DNA of 64,000 nt from a bacterium (lineage in GTDB: Bacteria > JADJOY01): NCBI GenBank assembly GCA_046331705.1, contig JAXLQJ010000001.1, forward strand, positions 186,001 to 250,000. Direction: 5' to 3'. Position 1 is the stretch's first letter; each line of letters opens with the position of its first letter. Positions 1-11,498 of the stretch are shown here, in pieces. A model generated the notes under the pieces. The model was not told where the DNA came from and did no database searches. It was given only the letters and a program-made list of their open reading frames with translations. Position numbers and translations under genes: made by a program.

Positions 1-67
1 CCGTGATTCGATGTCACGCGGGGACGGCGCTCGGTTGCGCGAGCGGCGAGGTCGTGCGGACGGGCCC

Positions 68-1156
68 TCAGCAGGGCGGCGCGCCCGTCTGGGCGCTCCA
101 CCGGCACAAGTCGGGTGCCTCGAACGATTCGCGGAAGAGGCAGCTCGAGACCACGTGGCTCTCGCTGCAGTGCACCGCGCGATCCGAGGCGAGGCCCGCC
201 GGGAACGAGAGGTTGGGATTCGTCCCAGCGAGCTCGCGAACGGGCGCCACGTCGCCGGTGTCGTCCTGGCCGAACCCGAGAACCGAGTCGAGTGAGGGTC
301 CGTTCGTACCGTTGTCGCTCACCAGCATCTCGCCGCTCGCCGTGACGACTAGCCCGACGGGGAACTCGAGGCTCGTGGTCGGCCCGGCGATCATGCGCAG
401 GCGAGGGTCGTTCCCGCTCGCGGTGCGCGCATACGTGGAGATCGACGGCGCCACGTCCACGACGATGAGCTCGTCGCGATCCAGGTCCACGAACGTCTGG
501 CGCGGGTTGGCGGGCGCGAACGTGCCGTTGAGCGAGCGCTTGGGGGTGGCGTCGCCGGACGCGGTACGGTCGAAGACCGAAACCTCTTTGGGGCTGCCGA
601 AGGCATCGCTCACGTAGACCTCGTCGTGAACGAGGTCGATCAGCAAGCTGACGGGGCCCGAGAGCCCCGTCGAGGCGCCGGTGATGGAGCGTTTGGGAGC
701 GCTGTCGCCGCTCGCCCCGCGGTCGTACACGAGCACCTTGCCGTTGCTCGGGCTGGCCACCCAGAGCTCGTCGTTCTCGAGATCGAGCGCCAGCCCGCCC
801 AGGAAGGTCGCGAGCTCGGTGGTCGCTCCCGCGAGCGTGCGGATCGGCGCGACGTTGCCGCTCGCGTCCATGGCGAAGACCAAGACGCTCCCGTTGCCGT
901 TGGAGACGTAGATCTCGCGCCTGCCGAGATCGACCACGAGCCCGCTCGGGGCGAAGAGCGTGGTTGCGGCGCCCTCGATCGAGCGCAGCGGAGCCACGTC
1001 GCCCACGGCGCCGTCGGCGAAGACTCGGACGGCGGTCGAGGTGAGGACGAACATCTCGGAGCGAGCCGTCGCTGCCCAACCCACGAGCGCCACGAGCGCG
1101 ATGCTCGGCAACCAGCGGGGGATCAAACGGGGATGCCGAGCGGGCGAAGGTCGCAT
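68..1156 (-). CDS. Secreted beta-propeller (NHL/YncE-like repeat) protein with C-terminal FxDxFE-type motif
   Basis: Signal peptide (LVALVGWAATARS); about 6 repeats of GDVAPxRxIxGxxTxL..P.GL.VD; C-terminus LFRESFEAPDLCRWS. Confidence 0.75.
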   Translation of the reverse strand: MRPSPARHPRLIPRWLPSIALVALVGWAATARSEMFVLTSTAVRVFADGAVGDVAPLRSIEGAATTLFAPSGLVVDLGRREIYVSNGNGSVLVFAMDASGNVAPIRTLAGATTELATFLGGLALDLENDELWVASPSNGKVLVYDRGASGDSAPKRSITGASTGLSGPVSLLIDLVHDEVYVSDAFGSPKEVSVFDRTASGDATPKRSLNGTFAPANPRQTFVDLDRDELIVVDVAPSISTYARTASGNDPRLRMIAGPTTSLEFPVGLVVTASGEMLVSDNGTNGPSLDSVLGFGQDDTGDVAPVRELAGTNPNLSFPAGLASDRAVHCSESHVVSSCLFRESFEAPDLCRWSAQTGAPPC

Positions 1157-1371
1157 GGATTCCTCTTGCTCGCGGTCCGCGCAGCGCGCGCTGTTCCAGC
1201 GAGCACGTTCATCATGCGTGGGTGGTCCCTCCCTGTCCAGGATCGCGCGAGATCGGCCGGGTTACGGTGGCGACCATCTCGGCGCCGGAAGCTCGACTCG
1301 CTCGAGCTCGGGCCGAGCGCTGTCGCGATCGGCCGCGGCCGGATCGGCCACACGGCCCGCGCGGCCTGGGC

Positions 1372-4300
1372 TCACGAACCGCCGGCGAACGCGGACCAAT
1401 TCGAGTAGCCACCGGACTCGAAGCCGTCGGCGAAGATCAGGTTGACGATGATGTCGAAGGTCGCCGTCGCGGACTTCGCGGTGCTCATCGTCAACTCGCA
1501 GGCGCCGATTCCGCTGCACGCACCATCCCACCCGGTGAAGATCGAGCTCGCGGCGGGCACCGCTGTCAGCGTCACCACCGAATCCTCTGGGAAGCTCGCG
1601 GTGCAGGTCGATCCGCAATCGATGCCCGCCGGGGTGCTCTTCACGGTTCCGGCGCCGCTTCCCGCTTGGTGGATCGTGAGCGGGTTGGTCGGCAGCAGCG
1701 CGAACCTCGCCGTCACGCTCTTCGCGGCACTCATCGTCACCTGGCAGGTGCCCGATCCGCTGCAGGCACCACTCCACCCCGTGAAGCTCGAGTCCGCATC
1801 CGGCGTCGCGGTGAGCGTGACGACCTGGCCCTGTGGGAAGTTCTCGGAGCAGTCCGCTCCGCAGTCGATTCCTGGCAGGTCGCTCGTGGTGGTGCCCGTG
1901 CCGGTGCCCGATGAGCCGACGCTCAGCTTGTAGGTCGGCAGCAACGTGAAGGTCGCTGTCACCGACTTCGCGGCGCTCATCGTCACCTGGCACGCACCCG
2001 AGCCCGAGCACGCGCCGCTCCAGCTCGCGAACTTCGAGTCCGAGTCGGGGGTCGGGGTCAGCGTCACCACCTGGCCCTGTGGGAAATTCGAGGAGCAGGT
2101 CGAACCGCAGTCGATTCCCACCGGGCTGCTGGTCACCGTTCCCGTACCCGTCCCCGAGCGGTTGACCGTCAGCTTGTAGGTCGGCAGCAGCGTGAAGGTC
2201 GCCGTCACCGATTTCGCGGCGCTCATCGTCACCTGGCACGCACCCGAGCCCGAGCACACCCCAGCCCGCGAACTTCGAGTCCGGGTCGGGGTCGGGGTCA
2301 GCGTCACCACCTGGCCCTGCGGGAATTCGAGGAGCAGGTCGAGCCGCAATCGATGCCCACCGGGCTGCTGGTCACCGTTCCCGTACCGTCCCCGAGCGGT
2401 TGACCGTCAGCTTGTAGGTCGGCAGCAGCGTGAAGGTCGCCGTCACGGACTTCGCGGCGCTCATCGTCACCTGGCACGCACCCGAGCCCGAGCACACCCC
2501 ACCCCAGCCCGCGAACTTCGAGTCCGGGTCGGGGGTCGGGGTCAGCGTCACCACCTGGCCCTGCGGGAAATTCGAAAAGCAGGTCGAACCACAATCGATT
2601 CCCACCGGGCTGCTGGTCACCGTTCCCGTACCCGTCCCCGAGCGGTTGACCGTCAGCTTGTAGGTCGGCAGCAGCGTGAAGGTTGCGGTCACCGACTTGG
2701 CGGCGCTCATCGTCACCTGGCACGCACCCGAGCCCGAGCACGCCCCACTCCAGCCCGCGAACTTCGAGTCCGCGTTGGGGGTTGGCGTGAGCGTCACCAC
2801 CTGGCCCTGCGGGAAATTCGAAAAGCAGGTCGAACCGCAGTCGATTCCCGACGGGCTGCTGGTCACCGTTCCCGTACCCGTCCCCGAGCGGTTGACCGTG
2901 AGCTTGTAGGTCGGCAGCAACGTGAAGGTCGCCGTCACCGACCTCGCGGCGCTCATCGTCACCTGGCACGTACCCGATCCCGAGCACGCCCCACTCCAGC
3001 CCGCGAACTTCGAGTCCGAGTTGGGGGTCGGCGTGAGCGTCACCACCTGGCCCTGCGGGAAGCTCGCGACGCAGGTCCCTCCGCAATCGATGCTCGGCGG
3101 CGTGCTCACCACGTTCCCCGTGCCCGTCCCGCTCCGCTGGACCGTGAGCGTCCGCGAGCCGGTGGCGGCGCACCGGAATCCGAGACTCTGATTCCAGCCG
3201 GATGGATCGAGACTGTCGCGGCTGTACGTGCGAAGGGAGTGGGTGTACGCGGCGGTCGAGTAGCCGCCTCCCCGCCGCACCTTGAAGACGCCGATTCCCG
3301 GTCCGGGCGGGTTCGTCGCCGGGCTCGACTGGTAGTAGCCGGCGTCATACCAGTCGTTCACCCACTGGAAGACGTTTCCCGACATGTCGAGCGCGCCGAG
3401 GGGCGACACTCCGCTCGGTTTGGTGCCGACGGGCGACGTCAGCCCGTTGCCGCAGCCGGTGGTGCCGCTGGGGTACGTGTCCCACATCACGGCGTAGGTG
3501 CAGCTCGCCTCCTGCGCGCCCCACGGGTAGAGCCGCGCGTCCGTGCCGCGCGCGGCCTTCTCCCACTCGGCCTCGCTGGGCAGACGCTTGCCGAGCCACT
3601 GGCAATAGTCGTTTGCCTGGTGCCAATCCACGCAATTGATCGGATGGCTCCCCCGACCCGAGGCGCCCCAGTTGCAGGTGGCGACGCTCGCGTTCGTGCC
3701 CTTGGGCGTGTCGCACGCGTTGGCACTCTCGCACGCGGCGTACTCGTCCACCGTGACGTCGTTGCGGTCGATCCAGAAGGCACTCAGATTCACCGTGTGC
3801 TGTGGCTCCTCGTCCGGCTGGTCCGATGCCTGCCCCATCGTGAAGGTCCCCGCGGGCACCAGCACCATGTCGGCAGCGGGAACCGCCAGCGCGCAGCCGG
3901 CGCAGGTGCTCGCGTCGGCGTCGGGCTCGCCCTCGGCGGAAGCCTGGCGCCCGGACTCGACGCGCTCGAGCGAGAGCGCGAACGCACCCGGAGCGCCGAG
4001 GGAAGCGACGCGGAACCAGATGCGCTGGCCGGCGGCGACCCGCAACGTCAGGCTTTCGGGAGCAGGCTGTCCGGCACCTTGGACCTCGCACGCGATCTCG
4101 TCGAGCGTGGTCCCCGGGCAACCCGTGTGGGCCGAGATCGCCGTCGCGACGGTCGACGAGACGCTCGACACCAGCACCGTGCCCGCGGATGGCGCGGTGT
4201 ACTCGAACCAGGCGTCGGGCGCGCCAGCAGGCGCGCACGAGGAGTCGCCGCCTTGGCTCGTGTGAACGGTGGTGCCAGGGGCGGTCACCCCTTCGGCGAG

Positions 4301-4486
4301 GGAGGCCGCCGCCGCGCAATCCACGTCGTCGCCGGCCGCCTCGGCGGCGGCTGCGATCGAGGCCGCGAGCACGAGCAGGCTCGCGATCCTCGCCCACCGA
4401 CGACGAGACGCGCGGCGCCACCGGCTGCACCGTTCGCTCGCACCCGCCGGTGCCGGATGAGCGCAAGACGATTCGTTCGAGCTCAT
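1372..4486 (-). CDS. Secreted FGE-sulfatase (SUMF1/EgtB-type) domain protein with seven 82-aa InlB B-repeat-like domains; frame broken within one repeat unit (2171-2408)
   Basis: FTMG..DEEPQHTV, RLPSEAEWEKAARG, DMSGNVFQW, RRGGGY, GFRC motifs; ORFs 2372..4543 and 1372..2349 join across small deletions; C-terminus IFADGFESGGYSNWS; ATG at 4486 chosen. Confidence 0.8.
1440..3150. repeat. Intragenic tandem repeat, seven units of about 246 bp (82 codons)
   Basis: Anchor AGCTTGTAGGTCGGCAGCA at 1925, 2171, 2409, 2655, 2901 (spacing 246, 238, 246, 246); outer units more diverged. Confidence 0.9.
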
Positions 4487-4855
4487 GGCTGAGACGCCCC
4501 CCGAAGCGTGGTTCGTCGATCCCGACTCTCGGCCTTCTAGCACCGTCGACCCATCCGTGAAAGTTTGGATCGGTGGGCCGGAATCGCCAGCGCCACGTGC
4601 TTCCAGGCCAATCCCTCGCGAGCGCCGCCGAGGCCCGCGGCGCCGCGGGCGAGGGAAGGCCGGCGAGCGCGGCGAGGATCCTGGTGCCCGCGCGCTTCGG
4701 GAATCGATTCCGCGATCGCCAGCGCGTTCGTGGGCCCGGGGAGGACGGAAGACACCGACGGCCTTCGGGTCGCGGGCGTCGTTCGGTTTCGCGCGCCCCC
4801 CGCCGCGCGTCGCCAGCGTCTACACTGGAGCCATCCCCTTCCCGCGGGAACCCCG

Positions 4856-6289
4856 ATGATCTCGACCCTCGAAGCTCGCTTCCGCGACGTCGTGCCGAGC
4901 GTGCAGTTCTGCTCGCTGCGCTTCGTCCACGAACGCCACGAGCGCGTCGAGGTGCGGCGCGGCGTGCTCGAACCGGTCGAGCGCAGCGACGACCTGGGCG
5001 TGATGTTCACGGTGATCGATCGCGGCGGCGTCGGCTACGCGGCCACCTCGGATCTGACCCCGACGGGGTTGCGCGCTGCCGCGCGGCGCGCGGCGGATTG
5101 GGCCCACGCCACCCGCGAGCGCGCCATCGCCGCGTTCGCCAAGTCGCCCACCGCCGCCCACGTGGGCAGCTACGCGAGCCCGGTGGTACGGCCGTGGGGC
5201 GAGATGCCCCTCGGCGACAAGGTGGCGCTCTTGATGAGGGAGTGCGAGCGGCTGCGCGCGAACGACACCATCGTCGACTGCGCGGCGGGGCTCTGGCACA
5301 TCGCGACGGAGACGCTCCACCTCACCACCAACGGTGGGCGCGTTCACCAGACCTTCGAGTACCTGGTGCCGGAGCTGCGGGCGTCGGCCAACCGCGATGC
5401 CGAGACCCAGGTGCGCACCTTCGCGGCGGGACAGCGCTGCCGGCAGGGCGGCCTCGAGATCCTCGACGAGGTGGGATTCTTCGACGCCGCGCCGCGCGTC
5501 GCCCAGGAAGCGCTCGAGCTGCTGGATGCGCCCGACTGTCCCGCCGGGACCATGGACGTCGTGATCGCACCGGACCAGATGATCCTGCAGATCCACGAGT
5601 CCATCGGCCACCCGCTCGAGCTCGATCGCATCCTCGGAGACGAGCGCAACTACGCGGGCCGCAGCTTCGTCACACCGGACATGTTCGGCAGCTACCGCTA
5701 CGGATCGGAGCTGCTCAACGTGACGTTCGACCCGACCCGCGCTGGCGAGCTCGCGAGCTATGGCTTCGACGACGTCGGCCAGCCCGCGACCCGGGAGCAC
5801 CTGATCCGGGACGGCATGCTGCTCAGGCCGCTGGGCGGGCTCACCTCGCAGGTGCGGACGGGGCTCGCGGGAGTCGCCAACGCCCGCGCCACCAGCTGGA
5901 ACCGGCCGCCCATCGATCGCATGGCGAATCTCAACCTGGAGCCCGGCGACTGCACGTTCGCCGAGCTGGTTGGCGCGGTGGAGAACGGCGTCTTCCTGGA
6001 GACCAACTGCTCGTGGTCGATCGACGACTCGCGCAACAAGTTCCAGTTCGGCTGCGAGCGCGCGCGCGCGATCCGCGACGGCGAGCTTCGCGAGGTCCTC
6101 AAGAACCCGAACTACCGCGGCGTGTCGGCGACCTTCTGGCGCAGCCTCGCCGGCGTGGGCGAGGCGGGCACCGTGGAGGTGCTGGGCACGCCGTATTGCG
6201 GCAAGGGCGAGCCCAACCAGACCATCCGCGTCGGCCACGCCACGCCGCCGTGCCGCTTCACCCACGTCGACGTCTTCGGCGGCGCGTGA
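4856..6289 (+). CDS. tldD: TldD family metalloprotease
   Basis: HESIGHPLE zinc motif, PIDRMANL, C-terminal CGKGEPNQ..VGH. Confidence 0.9.
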   Translation: MISTLEARFRDVVPSVQFCSLRFVHERHERVEVRRGVLEPVERSDDLGVMFTVIDRGGVGYAATSDLTPTGLRAAARRAADWAHATRERAIAAFAKSPTAAHVGSYASPVVRPWGEMPLGDKVALLMRECERLRANDTIVDCAAGLWHIATETLHLTTNGGRVHQTFEYLVPELRASANRDAETQVRTFAAGQRCRQGGLEILDEVGFFDAAPRVAQEALELLDAPDCPAGTMDVVIAPDQMILQIHESIGHPLELDRILGDERNYAGRSFVTPDMFGSYRYGSELLNVTFDPTRAGELASYGFDDVGQPATREHLIRDGMLLRPLGGLTSQVRTGLAGVANARATSWNRPPIDRMANLNLEPGDCTFAELVGAVENGVFLETNCSWSIDDSRNKFQFGCERARAIRDGELREVLKNPNYRGVSATFWRSLAGVGEAGTVEVLGTPYCGKGEPNQTIRVGHATPPCRFTHVDVFGGA

Positions 6290-7611
6290 TGGAAAGCTAC
6301 TTCCACGAGGTCGTCGACCTGCTGACGTCGCTGCTCGTCGGGGACGAGCGATTCCTCGCGAGCTTTTCCGGCGAGGACTCGGACTTCGTGCGTTTCAACC
6401 GCGGCGAGGTCCGCCAGGCCGGCACGGTCTCGCAGCGCTACCTCGAGATCGATCTCATCGAGGGCCGACGCCACGCCTCGTGCGAGCTCTCGCTCGCGGG
6501 CGATCGCGAGACGGATCGAGCGCGCCTGCGCGGTGCCGTCGAGGCGCTGCGCGCCACGCGTCCCTACCTGCCCGAGGATCCGCACCTGCTCTACGCCGAG
6601 CACGCACCCTCGAGCGAGCAGATCCATCGCGGACGCTTGCCGGACGGACCCGCCGCCGCCGCGGCCGTTCAGGCGATCGGCGCGCACCACGACCTCGTGG
6701 GCATCTACGCCGCCGGGCCGATCCATTCGGGATTCGCCAGCTCGTTCGGGCAGCGCAACTGGCACTCGACCGAGAGCTTCCATCTCGATTTCAGCCTCTA
6801 CCAGGAGGCCGATCGCGCGGTGAAGACCAGCTACTCGGGTTTCGTCTGGGAGCCGGCGGAGCTCGAGCGCAAGGCGCGCCTCGCGACCGAGCAGCTCGCC
6901 ACGCTCGCGCGCCCGCCGCGCACCTTGCATCCGGGTCGCTACCGCGTGTTCCTGGCGCCGGCGGCGCTCGGGGAGATCGTCGAGGTGCTGAGCTGGAGCG
7001 GTTTCAGCCTGCGCGCGGCACGCACCAAGACCACGCCGCTGCTGCGGCTGCTGGAGCGGGAGGTGGCGCTCAGCCCCTTGATCGACATCACCGAGAACAC
7101 CCACGAGGGGGTGGCACCGAACTTCCAGGAGTCCGGCTTCATCCGTCCCGACCGGGTGCCGCTGGTGCGCGGCGGCGAGCTGGTCTCGAGCTTGGTCTCG
7201 CCGCGCTCCGCAGCGGAGTACGGCGTTCCCACGAATGGCGCCACCGCCGCCGAGACACCGTGCTCCATCGATCTCGGGTGCGGCCGGCTGCCCACCGATG
7301 ACGCGCTCGCGCGGCTCGGCACCGGGCTCTACGTGAGCAACCTGTGGTACTGCAACTTCTCGGATCGCAGCGCGTGCCGCACCACCGGCATGACGCGTTT
7401 CGCGACGTTCTGGGTTCAAAACGGCGAGCTGATCGAACCCGTGAGCGTGATGCGATTCGACGAGACGATCTACCGCATGCTCGGCGAGAACCTGATCGAC
7501 CTCACCGCCGAGCGCGAGCTGATCATGGCCGCCGACACCTACGAGAGCCGCTCCGTGCAGAGCGCCCGGTTGCCCGGCGCCTTGATCGACGACTTCACGC
7601 TCACGCTGTGA
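6289..7611 (+). CDS. tldE: TldE/PmbA family protein
   Basis: TGATG overlap with tldD; FVRFN, TGMTRFATFW, MRFDE motifs; no HExxH. Confidence 0.85.
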   Translation: MESYFHEVVDLLTSLLVGDERFLASFSGEDSDFVRFNRGEVRQAGTVSQRYLEIDLIEGRRHASCELSLAGDRETDRARLRGAVEALRATRPYLPEDPHLLYAEHAPSSEQIHRGRLPDGPAAAAAVQAIGAHHDLVGIYAAGPIHSGFASSFGQRNWHSTESFHLDFSLYQEADRAVKTSYSGFVWEPAELERKARLATEQLATLARPPRTLHPGRYRVFLAPAALGEIVEVLSWSGFSLRAARTKTTPLLRLLEREVALSPLIDITENTHEGVAPNFQESGFIRPDRVPLVRGGELVSSLVSPRSAAEYGVPTNGATAAETPCSIDLGCGRLPTDDALARLGTGLYVSNLWYCNFSDRSACRTTGMTRFATFWVQNGELIEPVSVMRFDETIYRMLGENLIDLTAERELIMAADTYESRSVQSARLPGALIDDFTLTL

Positions 7612-7649
7612 CGCGCGAGCGCCCCGCGCGCTCGCGAGCCGGGCGACCG

Positions 7650-8126
7650 TCAGTCGTGGACCATGTTGAAGTGGCCGAACTCGTCGGGGAACGGGAAGCG
7701 GAACTGGTAGGTGCCCGTCATCGTGCGGTGCTTGATGTCGGCGAAGCAATCGGCGACCGCCACGCCCGAGTCGAAGTCGCTCTCCAGCTTGTTGCCGAAG
7801 ACGGTGCCCGTGACGGGGCGGTTGCCCTGGATCAACACCGCGCCGACGACCTCGAGATTGCCGATGAAGTCGTTGCCATTTTGCGCGACGGTGAGGTTCG
7901 CGAGCAAACCCGTGGCGGGGGTCTTGTTCGAGTACCAGCTCCCCTGCCACGAGCCCGAGATGTCGACCGTGGGCACCACTTGACCCGCGCCGTCCACCCC
8001 CGGCTCGGCCCCCAAGGCGAGTGGCAACTCGTTGGAGCCGTCACCGCAACCCGCCACCAGTGCCAACAAGAGTGTCAGCGGGACGAGCCGGACGCGGAAG
8101 CCTCGAATTGGAAAAACGCTAAGCAT
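7650..8126 (-). CDS. Hypothetical lipoprotein
   Basis: Lipobox LVAGC after a hydrophobic stretch; beta-rich DISGSWQGSW domain. Confidence 0.65.
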   Translation of the reverse strand: MLSVFPIRGFRVRLVPLTLLLALVAGCGDGSNELPLALGAEPGVDGAGQVVPTVDISGSWQGSWYSNKTPATGLLANLTVAQNGNDFIGNLEVVGAVLIQGNRPVTGTVFGNKLESDFDSGVAVADCFADIKHRTMTGTYQFRFPFPDEFGHFNMVHD

Positions 8127-8260
8127 GATCGCCTTCTAGCACGACAGGCCCGCGAGCGGGGAGAGGTTCGGGAAAAGTCGCAGCATCGATCTTGCAGCGT
8201 CGATGCAATGGTCGGGCCAGCGCCGGCAGGGAGCGCCGCCGCGGCGCATGACCCTCACCC

Positions 8261-9223
8261 ATGACGCCATCGCCTCGGATTTCCGTGTTGCTGCCGGCGC
8301 GAAATGCGGAGCGCTGGCTGAGATACGCGATTCGCGATCTGCTGGATCAGCGCGCCATCGAGCTCGAGGTGCTGGTGGTGGACGACCACTCCACCGACGA
8401 CACGCCGCGCTGGATCGATCGTTTCGCCACGGCCGAGCCGCGGGTGCGCTCCGTCGCCACCGCCGGCCGCGGCATCGCCGCGGCATTGAGCGCGGCGCTG
8501 GCCGAAGCCCGGGCACCGCTCATCGGGCTCATGGAGGCGGACGATCGCTGTCATGCCAGCCGCTTTGCGGTCCTCGCCGATGCGCTTCGTCCGAACCCGA
8601 CCTGGGCCGGCGTGGTGAGTCGTACCACACTTTTCGGCGTTCGGAGCGCGGGAATGCGGCGCTACGTGGACTGGCAGAACTCGCTCGCCACACCCGACGA
8701 GCTGGCGCGAGCGCGTTTCGTCGAGATTCCCGCGCTGCTCCAGACCGGCCTGTTCCGGCGTGCGTCGATCGACGCGTTCGGCGGCTTCCTCGAGCCCGAG
8801 CGCTGGCCTGTCGACATCGATTTCTGGATGCGCGCCTTCGCCGCGGGTGCCCGGATCGGGCGCGTGCCGCGGCCGCTCTATCGGTGGCGCCAGCACGGCG
8901 CGCAGGACACGCGCACCAGCGATCGGCACCGGCTCGCGGCCCTGCAACGCTGCAAGGCGCACTATTTCGTGAGCGGACCGGGCGACGGACGACCGATCGA
9001 CGTGGTCTCGGTGGGCCGCACGCTCGAGACGTGGACGTCGCTCCTCTCCGCGGAGGGCGCCACCGATCTGCGCGCGATCGCGTGGAAGCCGCGTCACACG
9101 TCACCCCCGCCGCGCCGCGCGGGCGCGGTTCGGCTCTTCGTCTACGGCATGGCCGAGGTGCGCGCGCGGGTGCCGGCGCTCGTCCCCGACTTCAGCGACG
9201 AGCTCGATTGGTTCGCGGCGTGA
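8261..9223 (+). CDS. Glycosyltransferase family 2
   Basis: ISVLLPARN, VVDDHSTD, MEADD, DIDFW motifs. Confidence 0.85.
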   Translation: MTPSPRISVLLPARNAERWLRYAIRDLLDQRAIELEVLVVDDHSTDDTPRWIDRFATAEPRVRSVATAGRGIAAALSAALAEARAPLIGLMEADDRCHASRFAVLADALRPNPTWAGVVSRTTLFGVRSAGMRRYVDWQNSLATPDELARARFVEIPALLQTGLFRRASIDAFGGFLEPERWPVDIDFWMRAFAAGARIGRVPRPLYRWRQHGAQDTRTSDRHRLAALQRCKAHYFVSGPGDGRPIDVVSVGRTLETWTSLLSAEGATDLRAIAWKPRHTSPPPRRAGAVRLFVYGMAEVRARVPALVPDFSDELDWFAA

Positions 9224-9264
9224 CTCGTCGCGCGCGAGGGCGTGCCGCGCGGGCGGGCGGCCGC

Positions 9265-11436
9265 TCACGCGATCAGCGGATTTCGCGGCAGATACATCGT
9301 GTCGACGTAGTCGCGCACCATTCGCTCCGCGGTGAAGCGCGGCACCAGCGTCTTGAGCGAGGCTTTCACCTTGCGCACCCAGCCGTGGGGGATGCCGGCA
9401 TCGTCGCGGTCGTGGAAGAGCGGCACGACCTCGTTCTCGATCAAGTCGAGCAGGGCCGTGGCGTCGTGATCGTCCTGCTCCGTCGGGCTCGTGTCCGGCG
9501 TCGCGATGGCCCAGCCGTTGGCGCCGTCGTAGGCCTCCGCCCACCAGCCGTCGAGCACGCTCAAGTTGAGCCCGCCGTTGAGCGTCGCCTTCATGCCGCT
9601 GGTGCCGCTCGCCTCGAGGGGCGGACGCGGCAGATTCACCCACACGTCGACCCCCGCGACGATGCGCCGGGCGATCTCGAGGTCGTAGTTCTCGAGGAAC
9701 GCCACGCGGCCGCCGACCATCGGCGCCTGCTTCACGCGGAAGATGTTGCGCAACGCGTCCTTCGCCTCGTGGTCCGACGGGTGCGCCTTGCCCGCGAGGA
9801 GGATCTGGATGGGTCGCTCGCCATCGAGCAGGCGCAACGCGCGATCGGGAAAGCGCGTGAGCAGGTAGAGCCGCTTGTAGGTCGCGACCCGGCGGGCGAA
9901 ACCGATGGTGAGGCGATCCCGATCGAGGACGCGCGCCGCGGCCTCGACGTAATCGGGAGGCTCGCCGCGCGCGAGTCGATCCGTCACCGCCTTCTCGCGC
10001 ACGTAATCGATGAGCCGCGCGCGCATCTCGCAGCGCACCCGCCAGATCGCCTCGTCGGGGATGGCGTCGATGCGCTCCCACGACGCCGCATCGGCGAGCC
10101 GCGACCGCCACGCGCTACCCAGGTGCTCGTCGAGGAGCGCCTGCATCGGGCTCGCCATCCAGGTGGTGGTGTGCACGCCGTTGGTCACGTGGCGGATCGG
10201 TACGTTCTCGAGGGCACGCTCCGGCCAGATCGCCTTCCACATCGCCCGCGACACCGCGCCGTGGCGGCGCGACACGCCGTTCGCCGTGCGGCTGGTGCGA
10301 AGCGCCAGCGGGGTGAATCCCGCCGGCTCGGCGCGATCGTCCGGCCGCTTGCGGCCCAGGCCGTAGAACGTGGGGCGCGGGATGCCGACCTCGTCCACGA
10401 AATCGCCGAGCACCGGTTCCACCTCGTCCTCGCGATAACCCTCGTTCCCCGCTTCCACCGGCGTGTGCGTGGTGAAGACGGTGTGCTGGCGAACCTGCTC
10501 GAGCGCCGCGTCGAGGTCGCGGCCGAACGCGAGGAGCTCGCGCAGCCGTTCGAAGCTCGAGAGCGCGCCGTGGCCTTCGTTGAGGTGAACCAATCCCGGA
10601 CGCACGCCGATCGCTTCGAGAACGCGCATCCCGCCGATGCCGAGCACCGAGTACTGCGCGAGGCGCGTGTGCCGATCGCCGACGTAGAGCCGCGCGGTGA
10701 TCCAGCGGTCGATCGGATCGTTGTCGTCGCGGTCGGTGTCGAGGAGGTAGAGCGGCACGCGCCCCACGTCGACGCGCCACACCTGGATGCGCACGACCCG
10801 GCGACGAATCCGAACCTCCACCACCAGCGGTTTGCCGTCGGCGCTCGTGACCCGCGCCGCGGGCAGTCGGTCGAAGTCCGCGTTGAGCCAATACTCGTGC
10901 TGCAACCCGCTCAGGTCCAGGCGTTGATTGAAGTAGCCCTGGCGGTACATGAGGCCGACGCCGACCATCGGCAACGCCAAGTCGGAGGCGGCCTTGAGCA
11001 GATCGCCGGCGAGGACGCCGAGCCCGCCGCTGTAGCAGGGCAGCGACACGTGGATGCCGAACTCGGAGCAGACGTACGCGACCGGGCTCTGGGCGCTGAA
11101 CGTGCCGGGCATGGGCGGCTGCTCGAGCTCGTGCTTGATCTGGTTCCACACGTGGCGGACGTGCTCGACGTAGCTGCGCTCTCTCCCCAGCTCCTCGAAG
11201 CGCGACGGCGGGGTGCTCTCGATGACGGCGCGCGGGTTGTGCGCGCTGCGCCTCCACAACGCCGGATCCACGACCCGGAACAGGTTCTCGACCTCCGCCC
11301 CCATCCAGCTCCATCGATAGTTGAACGCGATCCGCGCCAACGGCTGGAGCGACACCGGCAACCACTGCATGAGCAGCGAGATGGAGTGCTCCACGTCGCG
11401 GCGACCGTCGAGCGGGTGCTCGCCTGCGGGATTCAT
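9265..11436 (-). CDS. glgP: Alpha-glucan (glycogen/maltodextrin) phosphorylase
   Basis: YSGGLGVLAGD, HLNEGH, FARRVATYKR, EASGTSGMK (PLP lysine). Confidence 0.95.
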   Translation of the reverse strand: MNPAGEHPLDGRRDVEHSISLLMQWLPVSLQPLARIAFNYRWSWMGAEVENLFRVVDPALWRRSAHNPRAVIESTPPSRFEELGRERSYVEHVRHVWNQIKHELEQPPMPGTFSAQSPVAYVCSEFGIHVSLPCYSGGLGVLAGDLLKAASDLALPMVGVGLMYRQGYFNQRLDLSGLQHEYWLNADFDRLPAARVTSADGKPLVVEVRIRRRVVRIQVWRVDVGRVPLYLLDTDRDDNDPIDRWITARLYVGDRHTRLAQYSVLGIGGMRVLEAIGVRPGLVHLNEGHGALSSFERLRELLAFGRDLDAALEQVRQHTVFTTHTPVEAGNEGYREDEVEPVLGDFVDEVGIPRPTFYGLGRKRPDDRAEPAGFTPLALRTSRTANGVSRRHGAVSRAMWKAIWPERALENVPIRHVTNGVHTTTWMASPMQALLDEHLGSAWRSRLADAASWERIDAIPDEAIWRVRCEMRARLIDYVREKAVTDRLARGEPPDYVEAAARVLDRDRLTIGFARRVATYKRLYLLTRFPDRALRLLDGERPIQILLAGKAHPSDHEAKDALRNIFRVKQAPMVGGRVAFLENYDLEIARRIVAGVDVWVNLPRPPLEASGTSGMKATLNGGLNLSVLDGWWAEAYDGANGWAIATPDTSPTEQDDHDATALLDLIENEVVPLFHDRDDAGIPHGWVRKVKASLKTLVPRFTAERMVRDYVDTMYLPRNPLIA

Positions 11437-11498
11437 GACGCCTCCGATCCGCCAGCCTCACCACGCGCCGGCGGAGCGAGAAGTGTAGACGATTCAGG

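Noticed and set aside
3150-3870. Diversity-generating retroelement target (FGE/C-lectin fold)
   Set aside because: No reverse transcriptase and no second copy of the domain's 3' end differing at adenines in this window
4856-7611. tldD/tldE as part of a RiPP cluster
   Set aside because: No precursor peptide, YcaO or radical SAM gene adjacent; the pair is widespread on its own
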